Under the pieces are notes generated by a model. It was not told the DNA's origin. It ran no database searches and saw only the letters and a list, made by a program, of their open reading frames with translations. DNA of 64,000 nt from a virus. Lineage: Duplodnaviria > Caudoviricetes. This document shows, one piece after another, positions 26,804 through 37,232 of this stretch. The stretch is taken from positions 1-64,000 of the IMG/VR virus record IMGVR_UViG_3300028591_000074, one strand, 5' to 3'. The translations under genes and the position numbers were made by a program. Each line of letters opens with the position of its first letter. Within the stretch, counting starts at the first letter, position 1.

Positions 26804-27445
26804 TTATTGGATCTGAATCATCTGATCCGCATTATCTTCAATAACATCCTCAATGTTAAGCACATTACCATAGAGCCAATCCCATCGGAAGTTCTTAGTC
26901 CTACTTGTATCAGTAAGATTGATTGCAGTTCCTGCGTTAAGTGCTTCTAAAAATTCTTTTTCATTTGCACTATATCCATTGTTCAGCCAATTCCCCAATG
27001 GATTTGCCTGAAATGCAACTATCTTTGTATCAGATTCTTGAGAACCATTTTCGGTATAATGCCATACATTAAGTACACGAATCTTATCATATCCGAGTTT
27101 ATCCAATGTGATAAGATAGTCAAGTAGATTACCACTTAATGCAGTAATTGGTTCATAGGTAATATAGAATCCGTACTTATACAATTCTTTTAAGATTTCT
27201 GTTGGTGATAATTCGGATGCACCATAGGCATCTTCATCTGTAATTAAACTACCTCTTGCCTGAAGTACACAACAGAATAATACACCCATAGTTGTATGTT
27301 CTAATGAGATTCGGAATCCACGAAGTTCTTCGTTATTGAAGAAGTCAGTTATATGGATTCTGAGTTCTCTGCTATTATTGGATAAACAATTTGGAAGTTG
27401 TCTCCAACTTGATATTTTATACCGCAATGGTTCCTGTAGACTCAT
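26804..27445 (-). CDS. hypothetical protein
   Basis: ORF track. Confidence 0.7.
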   Translation of the reverse strand: MSLQEPLRYKISSWRQLPNCLSNNSRELRIHITDFFNNEELRGFRISLEHTTMGVLFCCVLQARGSLITDEDAYGASELSPTEILKELYKYGFYITYEPITALSGNLLDYLITLDKLGYDKIRVLNVWHYTENGSQESDTKIVAFQANPLGNWLNNGYSANEKEFLEALNAGTAINLTDTSRTKNFRWDWLYGNVLNIEDVIEDNADQMIQIQ

Positions 27446-27776
27446 CTTGTGAACTCCCTTTCGTTTCCCTTACATACTTCTTAAGTTCAAGTTGGAAGGG
27501 TTTTAAAAGATCAAGATTTACATCTGGATACTGACTGAAATATTCTGCAATCATATCAATCTTCAATTTGAAATACAGAATCCTACGTTCTTCCTGACTT
27601 ATCTCCGGATGTCGTTCTGCAAAGATAAAGTATCTTGTGACTACACTTGAAAATGCCTTGTGTACTGTCGGATCATCCTGTGTAAGTTCAGCTTTCTCTA
27701 TGGTTCTAAAATTACTTGAATTGTATTTCTTTATGTCCGAAAAGAATAATTGTGTTAATTCCAAACTACTTAACAT
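27417..27776 (-). CDS. hypothetical protein
   Basis: ORF track, coupled to portal. Confidence 0.7.
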   Translation of the reverse strand: MLSSLELTQLFFSDIKKYNSSNFRTIEKAELTQDDPTVHKAFSSVVTRYFIFAERHPEISQEERRILYFKLKIDMIAEYFSQYPDVNLDLLKPFQLELKKYVRETKGSSQDESTGTIAV

Positions 27777-29296
27777 TAAAATTCACCCCCTCCACTCTCT
27801 TCAGTAGGTTCTTCTACATCAACATGCCAGTTTACTACATCTGCACCAGTCTGAGGTAATGCTTCAGACAAAAGTTCTGTGAGTGGTGTCTTATATTTAT
27901 CTGCATCTGTGATTCCAAGATCTTTAAGAAGCTGGACAACAGATTGTGCCTGAGCAAGTGCAGAATCACGCTTTTCAAACTGTACCGTAGATTGTGTAGT
28001 GATGATTGGATTCATATGAAGTTGAAACTGATTTACAAAACCACTATAATTTCTTGCTGAGAAATATTTATTCAGTGCATCAGTCCAACCCTCCATGTAT
28101 GCAATTTCAAGTCTCTGTAAAGCATTAGCATAAAGTGCTGACCTCTGAGAAAGTACAGAACCTGCACCACCAAGCCCCTCATTGGATGAAAAGTTCATCG
28201 CCTCTTTCGGTACACCTAATACAGAAAGTTTCTTATTCTGATAGTAGTCAAGCAACTTATTATCTGCATCTGTAGCATCTGCCATACTAAGATCTGTAAT
28301 TGAAAGTGCGTCCTGCCCATTTACACGTGCAAGATAGATAAGATTGTTTGGACTTTGTGGATTAACAAAACTCTGCGCATCCCCTGTAGCAGTATTAAGG
28401 GATAACTGTTGTTCGATCATATCCTTTACCTGCTGAAGTGCAGATTGAATTTCTTCTTCCTGAGAACCACAATCAACATTCACAAACTTAATGGTTCTTG
28501 CCATAGAAGAAAGAAGTAAAGCATCCTCTAACAGACTAAGTGTTTGTGTCGGTTGTACTGCCTGTGCCATAAGTGGTTGAGAAAATTGAATATCATATGT
28601 TTTCAGATTTCCATCTTTATCTTTCGTATCAATGGTATAGTCACCAAGAAGTCCACCAAGTGTAAAGTGAATACATGCAAGTTCCGGTAAGATAAGTTGG
28701 CTATTCATATCCTGACCATCCCTTGGATCCATAATGAATCCCTGTGGAGCACCATGATACCACAAATGTACGATATCTTCTGGTGGAATCTTATAAGATG
28801 GGATGATGTCAAAATCATCTTCTGGTATCGTATTGTTATCAAGAACAATACCCTTCCTACTATAGGTTCTCGAATCTTCCCGATACATATAAGTTGTTGG
28901 AAGATATAAATTCCCTATAGTGGCAAGTTCAAGGATGTGGTCTCTGGCATATCGGTTAATGTTCCACTTCTTAAATAGATAATTTATAATTTCTGCAACT
29001 TCTTTGTGATTATCATCCAATGCAGTTGCCCAAATGATTTCACCTGCTGTATTCGCAGTTGTTGCATCTGTAGCATAGTATGATAATGCTGTACTAATCT
29101 GAGAATCAGCTGCCAATGCCCTCATAGTATCAATCTGTGTTTTAATATCGGCTACACTTGTGTCACCACGTATATCGGATATACGATAAAGTGAACCTGT
29201 GACGATTCTGCGTAACCAAGAACCTTGTTCCTCATATCTAGATTTCTTAGGTATGAGTTTATCAAATAACTTAAAGGCCAATTTTAGAACCCCCAA
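27776..29296 (-). CDS. portal protein (T4 gp20-like)
   Basis: LSLLEDALL...R, YYQNKKLSVLGVPK; near terminase. Confidence 0.75.
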   Translation of the reverse strand: MGVLKLAFKLFDKLIPKKSRYEEQGSWLRRIVTGSLYRISDIRGDTSVADIKTQIDTMRALAADSQISTALSYYATDATTANTAGEIIWATALDDNHKEVAEIINYLFKKWNINRYARDHILELATIGNLYLPTTYMYREDSRTYSRKGIVLDNNTIPEDDFDIIPSYKIPPEDIVHLWYHGAPQGFIMDPRDGQDMNSQLILPELACIHFTLGGLLGDYTIDTKDKDGNLKTYDIQFSQPLMAQAVQPTQTLSLLEDALLLSSMARTIKFVNVDCGSQEEEIQSALQQVKDMIEQQLSLNTATGDAQSFVNPQSPNNLIYLARVNGQDALSITDLSMADATDADNKLLDYYQNKKLSVLGVPKEAMNFSSNEGLGGAGSVLSQRSALYANALQRLEIAYMEGWTDALNKYFSARNYSGFVNQFQLHMNPIITTQSTVQFEKRDSALAQAQSVVQLLKDLGITDADKYKTPLTELLSEALPQTGADVVNWHVDVEEPTEESGGGEF

Positions 29297-29301
29297 TCAA
29301 A

Positions 29302-30867
29302 TTATTGTACGATATCTGAATCAATTCTATATGTGCTGAAGAAATCAGATTCTTCCATAATAGGTATATTCAATTTCTTCGATTCACCAATTGCATGACC
29401 ATTTACATTTTCTGGAACATCACCAACAACAACACAATCAACTGACTGATCGAACTTTGTGTATACAGTTGCAGAATATCCTTCAAGGATAGAGATTATA
29501 TCTTCAGTAGTCCCATGGAAGAATGTTCCGGTAATATAAATCTTTTTATCCCTAAATATAGGTGAACCATCAACATGTTTCTTCGTCTTAATCAGTTGTA
29601 CATTAGACAGGTGAAGAAGTTCAACACAATCAGATGAATTTTCTGGTACGTTGAGCCAAGCAATCAATCTTGAAAATGCATTTTGGTTTAAACCTAAGTC
29701 AGAAACAATTGTCTCTGGATGTGTTACATAGTAAATATATGCTTCCTCAGAATTAGCGCATCCAATACAAAGTTCCTTTATCTGTTGACTTCCAGGAAGA
29801 ACATCTTTTGGTATAATTGCACGTGCAGCGTCTTCAAGAGTAACTTCAATCTCGGTATCCTTATACTCATCAAGTTCAAGTACATCCAAAATACCAAAAA
29901 TGTTACCGATTTCCTTTGTAACTTCCGTATATCTATCGAAAGACATTGTTGGAAGTCCAAGTGTATTGAGCATTTGCACAACTCTCGGATATAAAACAGA
30001 GTTGCATTGTGGATCTTCACACTTAAATGACCGTACATTTGCAGATGGAACAATTAACTGTTTCCCACAACTGGAACATGTAATCTTCCTAGGAAGTTTG
30101 TTTGCACGAATTTCGTTCTGTACATATATAAAGTTACCCTCCGAATTGCAAACAACATTCGAATTTTTCTGGATATCATTATGTACAACCTGTGGATACG
30201 GTACACTGTGTACCGTATCAGATGATTTTTCTTTAACATCGCCAAGAATATTTCCGCATTGATCCACAACGCACTTAACAGAATCAACTTGGAACATAGT
30301 AAGTCCAGTTTTAGGGTAAGTAACAGAACTATCTCTATGAAATACAATGTAACTTGCAATCAGTGGATATCTAAATGGGAAGTTCCGCTTTGCCATAGAT
30401 TCAAACTTTGATTCATCAAATTCTGTTGGAATAACGAATCCTGGAAGTGTTGCAAACTGATTCATGACAAGCCACTGATTCGTAGCAACTGCGGTCATAT
30501 TTACTGTATCATAAATACCATGCATATCACCTGCATATACTGAAAATCTATTCGGATCATCCATATATGCATGAAGGTATTTGTCCATAACACAGTTAGG
30601 TATGATCCCACGATTAAACTGTAATTCAGAACTATATAATACCGCACGAACATAGCAGATTCTACCATTCGTATTTGCGTGATTTGGAATCTGCTTATTG
30701 ATAAGCATTTTAGTGAGAACCGGATTTGTTACATCCTTCCACTGGTTTTCCTCATGACCAGTATAAACTTTATCGACTGGTCCACGTTCGCTATACTGAA
30801 TAGTAATAGGAAGTCCAAGTGGTACTAAAGTTACATACTCGCCTGCCTGAAGGTTTCTTGCAAACAT
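29302..30867 (-). CDS. degenerate NAD-dependent DNA ligase-like protein (Zn finger + BRCT)
   Basis: CSSCG...CEDPQC, C-terminal IYITG...VVGD BRCT; KxDG not found. Confidence 0.65.
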   Translation of the reverse strand: MFARNLQAGEYVTLVPLGLPITIQYSERGPVDKVYTGHEENQWKDVTNPVLTKMLINKQIPNHANTNGRICYVRAVLYSSELQFNRGIIPNCVMDKYLHAYMDDPNRFSVYAGDMHGIYDTVNMTAVATNQWLVMNQFATLPGFVIPTEFDESKFESMAKRNFPFRYPLIASYIVFHRDSSVTYPKTGLTMFQVDSVKCVVDQCGNILGDVKEKSSDTVHSVPYPQVVHNDIQKNSNVVCNSEGNFIYVQNEIRANKLPRKITCSSCGKQLIVPSANVRSFKCEDPQCNSVLYPRVVQMLNTLGLPTMSFDRYTEVTKEIGNIFGILDVLELDEYKDTEIEVTLEDAARAIIPKDVLPGSQQIKELCIGCANSEEAYIYYVTHPETIVSDLGLNQNAFSRLIAWLNVPENSSDCVELLHLSNVQLIKTKKHVDGSPIFRDKKIYITGTFFHGTTEDIISILEGYSATVYTKFDQSVDCVVVGDVPENVNGHAIGESKKLNIPIMEESDFFSTYRIDSDIVQ

Positions 30868-30877
30868 TTTTGTTACC

Positions 30878-32806
30878 TCACTTTCTTCTGTTAGGATTAA
30901 AATTATTTATCATTGGGAACATGGGTAATGTTCCTTGTTTACTACTTCTCGGTTTATTTACAGCAGCCATTGCAGATATAACAGATTTTGGTGCCGGAGC
31001 AGAAACTACATGTTCAGTAGTAAGTGTATAACATGCACCAGCCAAAGAATCAGAAATATCTTTTGAACCTTTCTTTCCACCATTCATTGTTGTAGGGTGG
31101 TCAATTTTATTGTTTACCCTCTGTAAATGAATAAGTTCATCATCTCTCAATTCATTTCTAACTAATTCTATTCGTTGGTCATATAGAATACTTCGTAAAC
31201 CTATATACGGTTCATCCGAACTATCTACGGATACTTTACTGGTTATAAACCCTTGAGCATTTAAAACTTCTCTCATGTAACTGGATTGATATTGATCAGT
31301 TGAAATTGTACCTATGGTAAATCCTTGTTTCCGTAACCACATAAGAAAATTTATAACTTTCTGAAATGATAACCTATCTCCATGTGGTGCTTCGATTCCT
31401 ACAGAGAAAACTTCACGAAAGAATGGCATTTGGATTTTCTTACCATCAAAATCAGTAACAATTTTGCTACCATCAACACATACACCAGTTATACCTGTTC
31501 TATCATTCGTTTCTGATAAATCAAGATGTATATTCATAATTCGTGATAGCAAAATTTTAGGAACAACTTCTAAATGGAAAAATTCTTCAATAGTTTTATT
31601 ATCTTGCGTACCTAATGATATTGTATCTGTATAAAATGGATTATATCTTGTTGTAGATAAATTCGGCGTAATTGCTTCCTGTGTGATAAAGCCCATAGCA
31701 CCGGCTACGGATCTTCCGGCTATGTCTCTAAGTGCTATATCATAATCGGCAACAAAGTTCCTACGGAATTCTGCCGGAGCTTCCATAACTTCATAACCTT
31801 GTTTTATATATTCTTGCCTATGTTCTTCATCATCATTTTCTTGTGGAATGACAAATCCCTTCTTATATCTATCACCAACGGTGAAGTGAAACACTTCTGA
31901 ACTAAATCTTTCTTTTGGTTGAACTATCCATTGTGGTTGATCTACTAAATATAGGTGGGAATTTCCTGCATTTTGTTGAGTTTCAATATGGTCTGATAGG
32001 AAGTCAGAATCTGTATTTTTTGATGATGCAGCTATGATTTTCCCATAGACATCACCCTTTAATCGGAATGTACCAGATACACGTGCATTTACTGTATCAT
32101 ATAGATGTTTCATATGTTCTTTTGCTAATGATATATCCTTTACACCAGACTTAGCAAAGTTAGTTTCATCCATCATGCAGCACCAGATCTGCATACCAAG
32201 GAAATTAGATGCAGATGATCCAGCAATAATTTCTATATCACCATCAGGCATGTATATCTGATTTACAGTACCACGATTCATAGAACCATGTTCCATAAAC
32301 CATTTGGAATGTTTTAATGCTTGGTTAAACTCTGTAAATGCAACTCCGGCGGCCAAGTCCTTTGTCAGATTAGCAAATGCTAATGTAAGTTTTGAATTTG
32401 GTTGTAATCCAAAATATCCTTGTGGATCACGATAAAGCATCAATTTATATAACATATATGCCATAATCTTTACAGAGGTTGATGTTTTACCGATACGTGT
32501 TGCTCCACTAAGTATAATTTCGTTATATTGATTTCCATGGTTGAATATATCCGTCAAAGTTTGTTTCCAAAATGGATATACCATTTCACCATTCTTAGTA
32601 GTTTCTCCAAGATAATATGGATCACAGATAAATTGCTCTATGGATACAGGAACTTCCTTAAAATCTGCAAGCCACACATTTCTATAAGTTTCAGAATCCC
32701 CTGTATCTACAATTTCTTGAAGAATCTGCCGAAGTATCATCTGTTCATCATAAGAACAGGTACTATATATATTTTGAATTCGCTCGATTACGGATTCATC
32801 TATCAC
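30878..32806 (-). CDS. terL: terminase large subunit
   Basis: SGATRIGKT Walker A, MMDE Walker B, HLDLS and SKDISDSLA nuclease motifs. Confidence 0.9.
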   Translation of the reverse strand: MIDESVIERIQNIYSTCSYDEQMILRQILQEIVDTGDSETYRNVWLADFKEVPVSIEQFICDPYYLGETTKNGEMVYPFWKQTLTDIFNHGNQYNEIILSGATRIGKTSTSVKIMAYMLYKLMLYRDPQGYFGLQPNSKLTLAFANLTKDLAAGVAFTEFNQALKHSKWFMEHGSMNRGTVNQIYMPDGDIEIIAGSSASNFLGMQIWCCMMDETNFAKSGVKDISLAKEHMKHLYDTVNARVSGTFRLKGDVYGKIIAASSKNTDSDFLSDHIETQQNAGNSHLYLVDQPQWIVQPKERFSSEVFHFTVGDRYKKGFVIPQENDDEEHRQEYIKQGYEVMEAPAEFRRNFVADYDIALRDIAGRSVAGAMGFITQEAITPNLSTTRYNPFYTDTISLGTQDNKTIEEFFHLEVVPKILLSRIMNIHLDLSETNDRTGITGVCVDGSKIVTDFDGKKIQMPFFREVFSVGIEAPHGDRLSFQKVINFLMWLRKQGFTIGTISTDQYQSSYMREVLNAQGFITSKVSVDSSDEPYIGLRSILYDQRIELVRNELRDDELIHLQRVNNKIDHPTTMNGGKKGSKDISDSLAGACYTLTTEHVVSAPAPKSVISAMAAVNKPRSSKQGTLPMFPMINNFNPNRRK

Positions 32807-33354
32807 TTATTCTTCACCTTCTTCTTTGGTTCGGAGGATTCTGATTCTTCAACTTCCATAGGTCCAAGTATTGATAATACTTGTTGTGCGCTTGTACGTA
32901 ACTTATCTCTAGATGATTTAGAAAGTATGCTTGCCCCATCCGGTGCAGATTGCACAGATGGAACTTCTTCAATAATGTATTCTTGAATATTAAGATATGG
33001 CTCAAGTATCTTGTGACTTTCTATCATATTCTTTTGTAGTTGTTCCTGCAATTTAAGGAGTGTAGCCCATGAAGTAATATTGTCGGTGTCAATCGTATCA
33101 AGTCTTCGTTCGATAGATTCATATAACTTCTCTTCTATACGATCCATCATATCCAAGTATCGTACAATTCTTGTAATCTGATGATATACACGCATCACGG
33201 TTATCCGTCGCATAGTCTGACTCACAGAATAAGAATCATCTGGACAACACAATAAGGACGTGCGCATTTTCGCCACGTCCTCACGTTGTTTCTGTATTAA
33301 TGGATCTGACATAATAGATGCCGGAAGAGTATCAACGGTTTTGACGTTCTTCAT
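32803..33354 (-). CDS. hypothetical protein, possible terminase small subunit
   Basis: helical, overlaps terL start. Confidence 0.45.
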   Translation of the reverse strand: MKNVKTVDTLPASIMSDPLIQKQREDVAKMRTSLLCCPDDSYSVSQTMRRITVMRVYHQITRIVRYLDMMDRIEEKLYESIERRLDTIDTDNITSWATLLKLQEQLQKNMIESHKILEPYLNIQEYIIEEVPSVQSAPDGASILSKSSRDKLRTSAQQVLSILGPMEVEESESSEPKKKVKNK

Positions 33355-33378
33355 TCTGTATTCTCCTTATATATGAAA

Positions 33379-33795
33379 TTATCCCATCCTTTGAAGATTT
33401 TGAAGATCAAGAAGGATTACACTAAGATCTGCAATTTCTTGCTTTGCATACTTATCACCATTATTTGCAGCATCACCTAATGCATCAATAGCGTTTTTAA
33501 CATGATTAGATGCAAGTGAGTAAAACTGCTTTGCAAGTCCAAGGTTCTTTTTTGCTTCAATATCTTCTGTAGAATCTTCTTCCAAATCATTAATATCTTC
33601 TACAGATTCTACGGATTCAGAAGATTCTACAGACTTTGTGGAATCACATTCTTCAATGGGAGTTTCTTTTGTTTCTTCTATTTCTTTAACTTCTTTCATC
33701 TGTTCAGATTCTTTTACTTCTGCATTGCATCCAGCATCTACACAATCTTTCTTTTTCTTTTCAATCTTCATTGAACCGTCTCCTTTACCATCCAA
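33379..33795 (-). CDS. acidic hypothetical protein
   Basis: ORF track. Confidence 0.65.
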   Translation of the reverse strand: MDGKGDGSMKIEKKKKDCVDAGCNAEVKESEQMKEVKEIEETKETPIEECDSTKSVESSESVESVEDINDLEEDSTEDIEAKKNLGLAKQFYSLASNHVKNAIDALGDAANNGDKYAKQEIADLSVILLDLQNLQRMG

Positions 33796-34064
33796 AGTTT
33801 TGCATATGGTGTATCATCACTGTTAATAAGTTCTTCAAATTTATCTAAAGCCTTAGCCAAATCTTCATCATAATATTCTACTTCTCTGGTATATAGACGA
33901 AGATTACTGAAAGCATTCCGAATACTATCTAAATCTTGACAAGTTTTATAAACCTCTATTTCTAAATCGGCTAATGCTTCTACTGCATCAAAATCCCAGA
34001 TATAATTTCTGATTTCTCTATATAGCCGATTATATTGATATTGAATTTTGGTACAATTTATCAT
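33768..34064 (-). CDS. hypothetical protein
   Basis: ORF track. Confidence 0.7.
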   Translation of the reverse strand: MINCTKIQYQYNRLYREIRNYIWDFDAVEALADLEIEVYKTCQDLDSIRNAFSNLRLYTREVEYYDEDLAKALDKFEELINSDDTPYAKLWMVKETVQ

Positions 34065-34255
34065 AAACCGAATACCTCAATTTCTTTGTTGATAAGTTTG
34101 TTTATAACAGAAGAATCTACAATATTATTTCTTGTCATAGATGCTACTTCTGAATAGATATTCATATCCTGTATATCCATCACATAATACTGATAATACT
34201 CCTCAAAAGATATACAAGGTAAATCACAAATTGCCTGTTTCAGTGTTTCTAGCAT
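34061..34255 (-). CDS. hypothetical protein
   Basis: ORF track, GAGG SD. Confidence 0.6.
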   Translation of the reverse strand: MLETLKQAICDLPCISFEEYYQYYVMDIQDMNIYSEVASMTRNNIVDSSVINKLINKEIEVFGL

Positions 34256-34565
34256 AATAGATATCCTCTATCTTCTGTACGAGTTCCAATGATTCCTTTG
34301 GAACGTCAACAATCGTGTTTCTATTTGCTATGTGAATGTTATAAAACCATTGAAGTGCATCTATACTTGAAGATAATTGATCAGATGTTGGAATTGTTAT
34401 AGTTTCACCACCTGCATACTTACACAGTTTTAGCAAACTTTCATATCCAACAATAGAAAACAATTCCGGTAGCCATGCAAACTCTGGAACATTATGTAGC
34501 GGTAACATTAGTTCCAAAAGGTATGCAAAATCAAGTTCTTCTGTTATAGGAAGTTTATTTTTCAT
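34224..34565 (-). CDS. Mor-like hypothetical protein
   Basis: LLKLCKYAGGETITIP resembles Mor/C activator motif. Confidence 0.5.
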   Translation of the reverse strand: MKNKLPITEELDFAYLLELMLPLHNVPEFAWLPELFSIVGYESLLKLCKYAGGETITIPTSDQLSSSIDALQWFYNIHIANRNTIVDVPKESLELVQKIEDIYYARNTETGNL

Positions 34566-35307
34566 CAGATTCCTTAATTGGTTCTACTGGTTTAGTGGAT
34601 TGTGTAATATCAAATACAATGGCATTATCAGTACGTGCAAGTCGGTTAAAATCTAAATGACCATAATCTGCGGAATTAAGAGAAGCAATTGTGGGTTCCA
34701 TAACATTATTAAGATTGATAGAATCTTTATAATATACCCAAAGTTCGTTTTCTACTTTTACAGATACAAGTCGAACCCCAGATGTAGATTCCTGACTATT
34801 TAAAAATCCCATAATGGAATCTGTTTGGTCTGCAATAGTAACTACTGGGTTGGTCAGTGGAATTTCAGATGCCATAACAGGTTCAGCAGGTACATCTGTA
34901 GATTCAGATACCTCGGTAGTTTCTTCCTTAACTTCCGTAGTTTCAGTTTCTGCAACTGGTGGCTCACCACCTTCTCCTTCTTCTGCTCTCATCATATCAC
35001 TGAGATGATGGTCTGCACGATGTGGTGCAGATGGTGCAGATGATGGTGTCGAACTTACGTTCACATTTACATCAACATCTTCAGAATCTTCCGGTTTATT
35101 ATCAGTTTCCGGTTCAGAAGTTTCCTTGGGAGGTTCTTCCGATTGTGGATGTTTATATTCTTCATCAAGATATTCAGAAAGTTGCTGAACGAGTTCTACA
35201 TTGATTGGATCAGAAATAGCTGCACGAATAGCATCTTGTCTTTTACTTGATTTATAAAATTTACTAGCAAATATGGCTTGCATTTCAACGCCCTCCATAA
35301 TAGTCAT
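34555..35307 (-). CDS. hypothetical protein with acidic linker
   Basis: ORF track. Confidence 0.7.
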   Translation of the reverse strand: MTIMEGVEMQAIFASKFYKSSKRQDAIRAAISDPINVELVQQLSEYLDEEYKHPQSEEPPKETSEPETDNKPEDSEDVDVNVNVSSTPSSAPSAPHRADHHLSDMMRAEEGEGGEPPVAETETTEVKEETTEVSESTDVPAEPVMASEIPLTNPVVTIADQTDSIMGFLNSQESTSGVRLVSVKVENELWVYYKDSINLNNVMEPTIASLNSADYGHLDFNRLARTDNAIVFDITQSTKPVEPIKESDEK

Positions 35308-35340
35308 AATCTAATCTGAAACGATCTATTCTATAGTACA

Positions 35341-35937
35341 TCACTTCGTCTCCAAATATTCTCTAGCAACCCCCATATAATAATATGGTTTATCCGGATT
35401 ATTGCTTTGGATTGTATATGCGAAGTAGAGTAAGCAAGTATCACCATTAAATGAATTTCTAAAAGACATTCTATACTGGTGATATCCAATTTCCATATTC
35501 AGCAATTCAGATCTAAATTTATACCAAACTCTATATGGTTCGTGCTCCCATGGAGTTTTCTTTTTAGAAGCGGTAGATTCTTCTGTGTCAGTGTCTGTAT
35601 CAGAATCAGTATCACTATCCGAATCGGAATCACTTTCTGTATCGGTATCTGTGTCACTATCTGTATCGGTATCCGATTCAGTATCGGAATCTGAATCACT
35701 ATCAGAATCTTCCAAAGGAATTGCTGTATCTGCTATTTCATCTACTTGATACAATTCATAATCGTGTGCAATATATGGTGGAATACGTATGAACAAATAT
35801 TCTTGAACCTGTTGTAAACTGAAAAGTTCACTTACCATTGCAACATCTTCATGAACTACCGCATCAAGTCGAAATGCAGGAAACTCTTTTTCTGGTGGTC
35901 GTCTATGACTTAATCCCATGAAATTGTCCAACACCAA
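35341..35937 (-). CDS. hypothetical protein with (S/T)D dipeptide repeat
   Basis: DSDSDSDSDTESDTDTD... Confidence 0.7.
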   Translation of the reverse strand: MVLDNFMGLSHRRPPEKEFPAFRLDAVVHEDVAMVSELFSLQQVQEYLFIRIPPYIAHDYELYQVDEIADTAIPLEDSDSDSDSDTESDTDTDSDTDTDTESDSDSDSDTDSDTDTDTEESTASKKKTPWEHEPYRVWYKFRSELLNMEIGYHQYRMSFRNSFNGDTCLLYFAYTIQSNNPDKPYYYMGVAREYLETK

Positions 35938-36179
35938 TCAGGATTAGCTGCACGATCATTTTTATAAACCATATACCCCTTGGACTTCAAAAGTTCAACC
36001 ATAGCATCACTAAGTTCTCTGCTCCACCGTACTGAATATGCTCCAGTGTTTGCGGCATTATTGATTGCATGAGCTACAGATTGTTGTTCAAGGATAAATG
36101 GGGCTTCATCTGCTCTTTGTTTTGCTTCAGATGCAGTAACCAAATCAATTTGTTGATAAATAGGGGTTACGAAATCCAT
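35910..36179 (-). CDS. hypothetical protein
   Basis: GGAGG SD; late-type motif upstream. Confidence 0.75.
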   Translation of the reverse strand: MDFVTPIYQQIDLVTASEAKQRADEAPFILEQQSVAHAINNAANTGAYSVRWSRELSDAMVELLKSKGYMVYKNDRAANPDWCWTISWD

Positions 36180-36256
36180 GTTCAGTCCCTCCGAAAATTC
36201 GTTCTATATAATATAAAAGGTTGCATAGTAATTTTACCACACAACCTTTACAATTT

Positions 36257-36418
36257 CTATTCCTTTATTTTATTCTGATCTTGTTGTTTCTGTATCTGCC
36301 TTAACTTAAACTTGTAAGATGGGTTTACACATTTCGATAGTTTACAATATCCGGACTCATCTCTACAAGAACAAAATTTGTTATCACATTTTATCACTTC
36401 ATTCAGTTCATCATTCAT
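36257..36418 (-). CDS. small Cys-rich protein (53 aa)
   Basis: MNDELNEVIKCDNKFCSC... read by hand. Confidence 0.5.
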   Translation of the reverse strand: MNDELNEVIKCDNKFCSCRDESGYCKLSKCVNPSYKFKLRQIQKQQDQNKIKE

Positions 36419-36421
36419 AGA

Positions 36422-37231
36422 CTATTCACCAAACAAATTATATGTTTTTGTTACTTTCCGATTTAAAACTTTACCATCGGTTAGAATGATTTCTTCACCA
36501 TCAATACGCTTTTGCGCTATATCGAAATAATGTTCATCTAATTCTATACCGATAAAATTGCGGTTAAGGAATTTACATGCAACACCTGTTGTTCCGCTAC
36601 CCATGCAGTTATCTAATATAGTGTCACCTACATTTGTATAAGTTTCGACTAAATAAGAAATCAGTTCCACAGGTTTTTGAGTTGGATGCAATCGTTCCCT
36701 TGGATTATCACGATTTATACGCAACACCTGTGTTGGATATCTTGTACCATCATCACTATATTCAATCGGCTTTGTGGTCTGCTCATATCCAGACTGCGTA
36801 ACTGACCACTGAGCATTTTCACCAATCTTATTTGTAACACGCTTCCCAATATGTTCTGTCTTTTGTGGATGGTAAGTACATTGATTTTTATAGAATACCA
36901 TAACATTTTCAACTGTTTTACCAGGTCTGCGCTTTACCTGAAATATATTTGTAATTCGTTCTTTTTCCCAATACCAATCGTACTTATAATCGTTTATGTT
37001 ACTCATTCGAACATAAGTGGAAAATGGTTCTTGACCAAACAATATAATCACGCCATTCTGTTTTACAATTCTATTATACTGTTCCCATAGATTAGTAAAA
37101 TCTAATACATTATCCCAATCAATCGGTGTTGTACCATATGGTGGGTCACAAATTATTGCATCAATAGTGCTATCCGGTATATCTGACATAAGTTCTAGAC
37201 AATCACCTTGCCATAATGTAATATTACCCAT
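36422..37231 (-). CDS. DNA N6-adenine/N4-cytosine methyltransferase (beta class)
   Basis: DPPY, HPTQKP, LDNCMGSGTTG. Confidence 0.92.
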   Translation of the reverse strand: MGNITLWQGDCLELMSDIPDSTIDAIICDPPYGTTPIDWDNVLDFTNLWEQYNRIVKQNGVIILFGQEPFSTYVRMSNINDYKYDWYWEKERITNIFQVKRRPGKTVENVMVFYKNQCTYHPQKTEHIGKRVTNKIGENAQWSVTQSGYEQTTKPIEYSDDGTRYPTQVLRINRDNPRERLHPTQKPVELISYLVETYTNVGDTILDNCMGSGTTGVACKFLNRNFIGIELDEHYFDIAQKRIDGEEIILTDGKVLNRKVTKTYNLFGE

Positions 37232-37232
37232 A

